From: Polyangiales bacterium
GTDB taxonomy: Bacteria; Myxococcota_A; Polyangia; Polyangiales; Ga0077539
DNA: 64,000 nucleotides
Direction: 5' to 3'
NCBI GenBank assembly: GCA_044229975.1
Contig: JBGARZ010000001.1
Coordinates: 32,001-96,000, forward strand
Shown here: piece by piece, positions 62,576-64,000 of the stretch
Layout of the letters: every line of letters starts with the position of its first letter
Numbering within the stretch: position 1 is the first letter of the stretch
Translations under genes and position numbers: made by a program
Notes under the pieces: model-generated
What the model was told of the DNA's origin: nothing
Database searches by the model: none
The model's input: the letters and a program-made list of their open reading frames with translations, nothing else

Positions 62576-63571
62576 ATGCGTCGCCTGCGACACCCCACTC
62601 TCCCGCTCGCACTCCTCTTCATCGCCCAGGGCTGTACGTCCATCATCGTCGTCGGTGATCGCGACGACGCGGCGACGGCCGACCAGCCGACGGTCAGCCT
62701 TGACCTCGGCCAGACCAGCGACCGGCCCGACGCGCCGCTGACTCCCGATGTGCCGTCGACCTCAGACGTCCCCGACGTACTGGCGGTTCGTGATGCGGCC
62801 GACGTCCCGGACGTGACGGATACGTTTCCCTGTCGCGCAGGGCACGAGTGCGTCTTCGAAGGGGCTCCCTGCAGAATCGGGCGGGTGGAGTGCGTCGGCG
62901 GCGCGGACGGAGGATTCACGGAGGTCTGCGTGGACAACGGCCTCGCCCCCGACCGCACGCCTTGTGACGAGTACTTCGGGCCCTGCCGCCGCGGCGCGAC
63001 CTGCAACCATCTCGGTCAATGCAACGGGGGCGGCAACCTCCCGCTCGGGACCATCTGTCGCCCCTCCACGGGTCCCTGTGATCCCGCGGGGGTCTGTCTG
63101 GGTGGGTTGTCTCCGCTGTGCCCAAGCTCGATGCCCTACACGGTGGGCATGGTGTGCCGCCCCTCGACGGGCGTGTGCGACCCGGCCGAGACCTGCACCG
63201 GAACCTCCCCCGACTGCCCCGCGGATGTGTTCCTGCCGTCGAGCACGGTCTGCGCTCCGAGCACCAGCGGGTGCCCCGCGCGGACGTGCACGGGCGTCTC
63301 CGGCGCGTGTCCCGCGGACTCAGGGAGCGCCGAGGTCTGCAACAACATCGACGACGACTGCGACGGCCGCGTGGACGAAGACGTCACGATGGCCTGCTAC
63401 ACAGGGCCCACCGGCACGGCGGGCGTCGGCGTATGCCGGGCCGGGACGCAGTCGTGCGCGGCCGGAGCGTGGGGAGGTTGCGTCGGTCAGGTGATCCCGA
63501 CCCCGGAGGTCTGCGACGCCCTCGACAACGACTGCAACGGCGTCATCAACAACGGCATCACCTGCCCATGA
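62576..63571 (+). CDS. Cys-rich lipoprotein with disintegrin-like repeats and MopE-like motifs
   Basis: Lipobox AQG-C, Asp stalk, CRPSTG.CDPA..C.G.SP.CP.D twice, EVCNNIDDDCDG and EVCDALDNDCNG. Confidence 0.85.
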   Translation: MRRLRHPTLPLALLFIAQGCTSIIVVGDRDDAATADQPTVSLDLGQTSDRPDAPLTPDVPSTSDVPDVLAVRDAADVPDVTDTFPCRAGHECVFEGAPCRIGRVECVGGADGGFTEVCVDNGLAPDRTPCDEYFGPCRRGATCNHLGQCNGGGNLPLGTICRPSTGPCDPAGVCLGGLSPLCPSSMPYTVGMVCRPSTGVCDPAETCTGTSPDCPADVFLPSSTVCAPSTSGCPARTCTGVSGACPADSGSAEVCNNIDDDCDGRVDEDVTMACYTGPTGTAGVGVCRAGTQSCAAGAWGGCVGQVIPTPEVCDALDNDCNGVINNGITCP

Positions 63572-63597
63572 CCCCGCTCGCGCGACCCGCTGCATAG

Positions 63598-64000
63598 ATG
63601 CCCGCACGCCCGCGCGCACTCGCCGCCCTCCTCTCCGCCGTGCTCGCGCTCTCCGCGCGCGCGTCTCCCGCCCAACCACGCCCGCCCGAGTTCGTTCGCC
63701 TCGACGTGACCCGCGACGCCCGCAGCGCCCGGTGCCCCGACGCGCCCGCGATGAGCGCCCTCCTGCACGACCGCCTCCGCCGCGACGCCGTCCGCGACGA
63801 CGCGACCACCGCCGCCACCCTGCGCTTCACCCGCGAACGCACCCGCTACGTCGCCACGCTCCGCCTCCGTCGAGCGGGACTGCGCCCGACGCTCCGCCAG
63901 CTCCGCTCGGTCGGCGACGACTGCGCCCGCCTCGCCGACGCCGCCTCGCTCGTGCTCGCGCTCGCCCTCGACCCGCTGGGAGCCCTCCGCACGGCAGCCC
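63598..64000 (+). CDS. Secreted hypothetical protein, N-terminal part (runs off the window)
   Basis: Translated by hand: MPARPRALAALLSAVLALSARA...ARCPDA...RQLRSVGDDCARLADAASLVLALALDP; no stop before the window end; C-P...C..L..A.ALVLALA.DP pattern typical of myxobacterial envelope proteins. Confidence 0.75.
   Translation, partial: MPARPRALAALLSAVLALSARASPAQPRPPEFVRLDVTRDARSARCPDAPAMSALLHDRLRRDAVRDDATTAATLRFTRERTRYVATLRLRRAGLRPTLRQLRSVGDDCARLADAASLVLALALDPLGALRTAA

Overview
Very GC-rich (roughly 70-75% by eye), densely coding bacterial chromosome segment. Gene content points to a myxobacterium (Myxococcota, probably Polyangiales-like; inferred): many Cys-rich lipoproteins, Ser/Thr kinases, PEGA/TPR proteins and a MYXO-CTERM-like tail. 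Housekeeping genes are pal-cpoB, rph, rdgB, glnE, alaS, hisIE, cysK-cysE and fpr, plus five tRNAs (Arg-TCT, Pro-TGG, His-GTG, Arg-TCG, Lys-CTT). No rRNA, CRISPR, transposase, integrase or phage genes were seen. Most notable observations: (1) a translationally coupled operon of a membrane adenylate cyclase, a Zn-ribbon/pseudo-receiver Ser/Thr kinase and a LysM-FecR-FN3-outer-membrane-barrel protein, a candidate trans-envelope signalling system; (2) at least eight genes with TAnnnT 6-8 nt before the start codon and no Shine-Dalgarno, suggesting widespread leaderless mRNAs; (3) a 43-bp direct/inverted repeat cluster whose core also flanks a small lipoprotein gene; (4) a periodic Asp stalk shared by many unrelated lipoproteins; (5) a decayed redB-redC-like remnant, a pseudokinase, a disintegrin-like lipoprotein, a 54-aa ORF missed by the ORF track and a possible three-way-junction element next to a sigma54 promoter. 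All functional calls come from motif recognition by eye; no database search was run.
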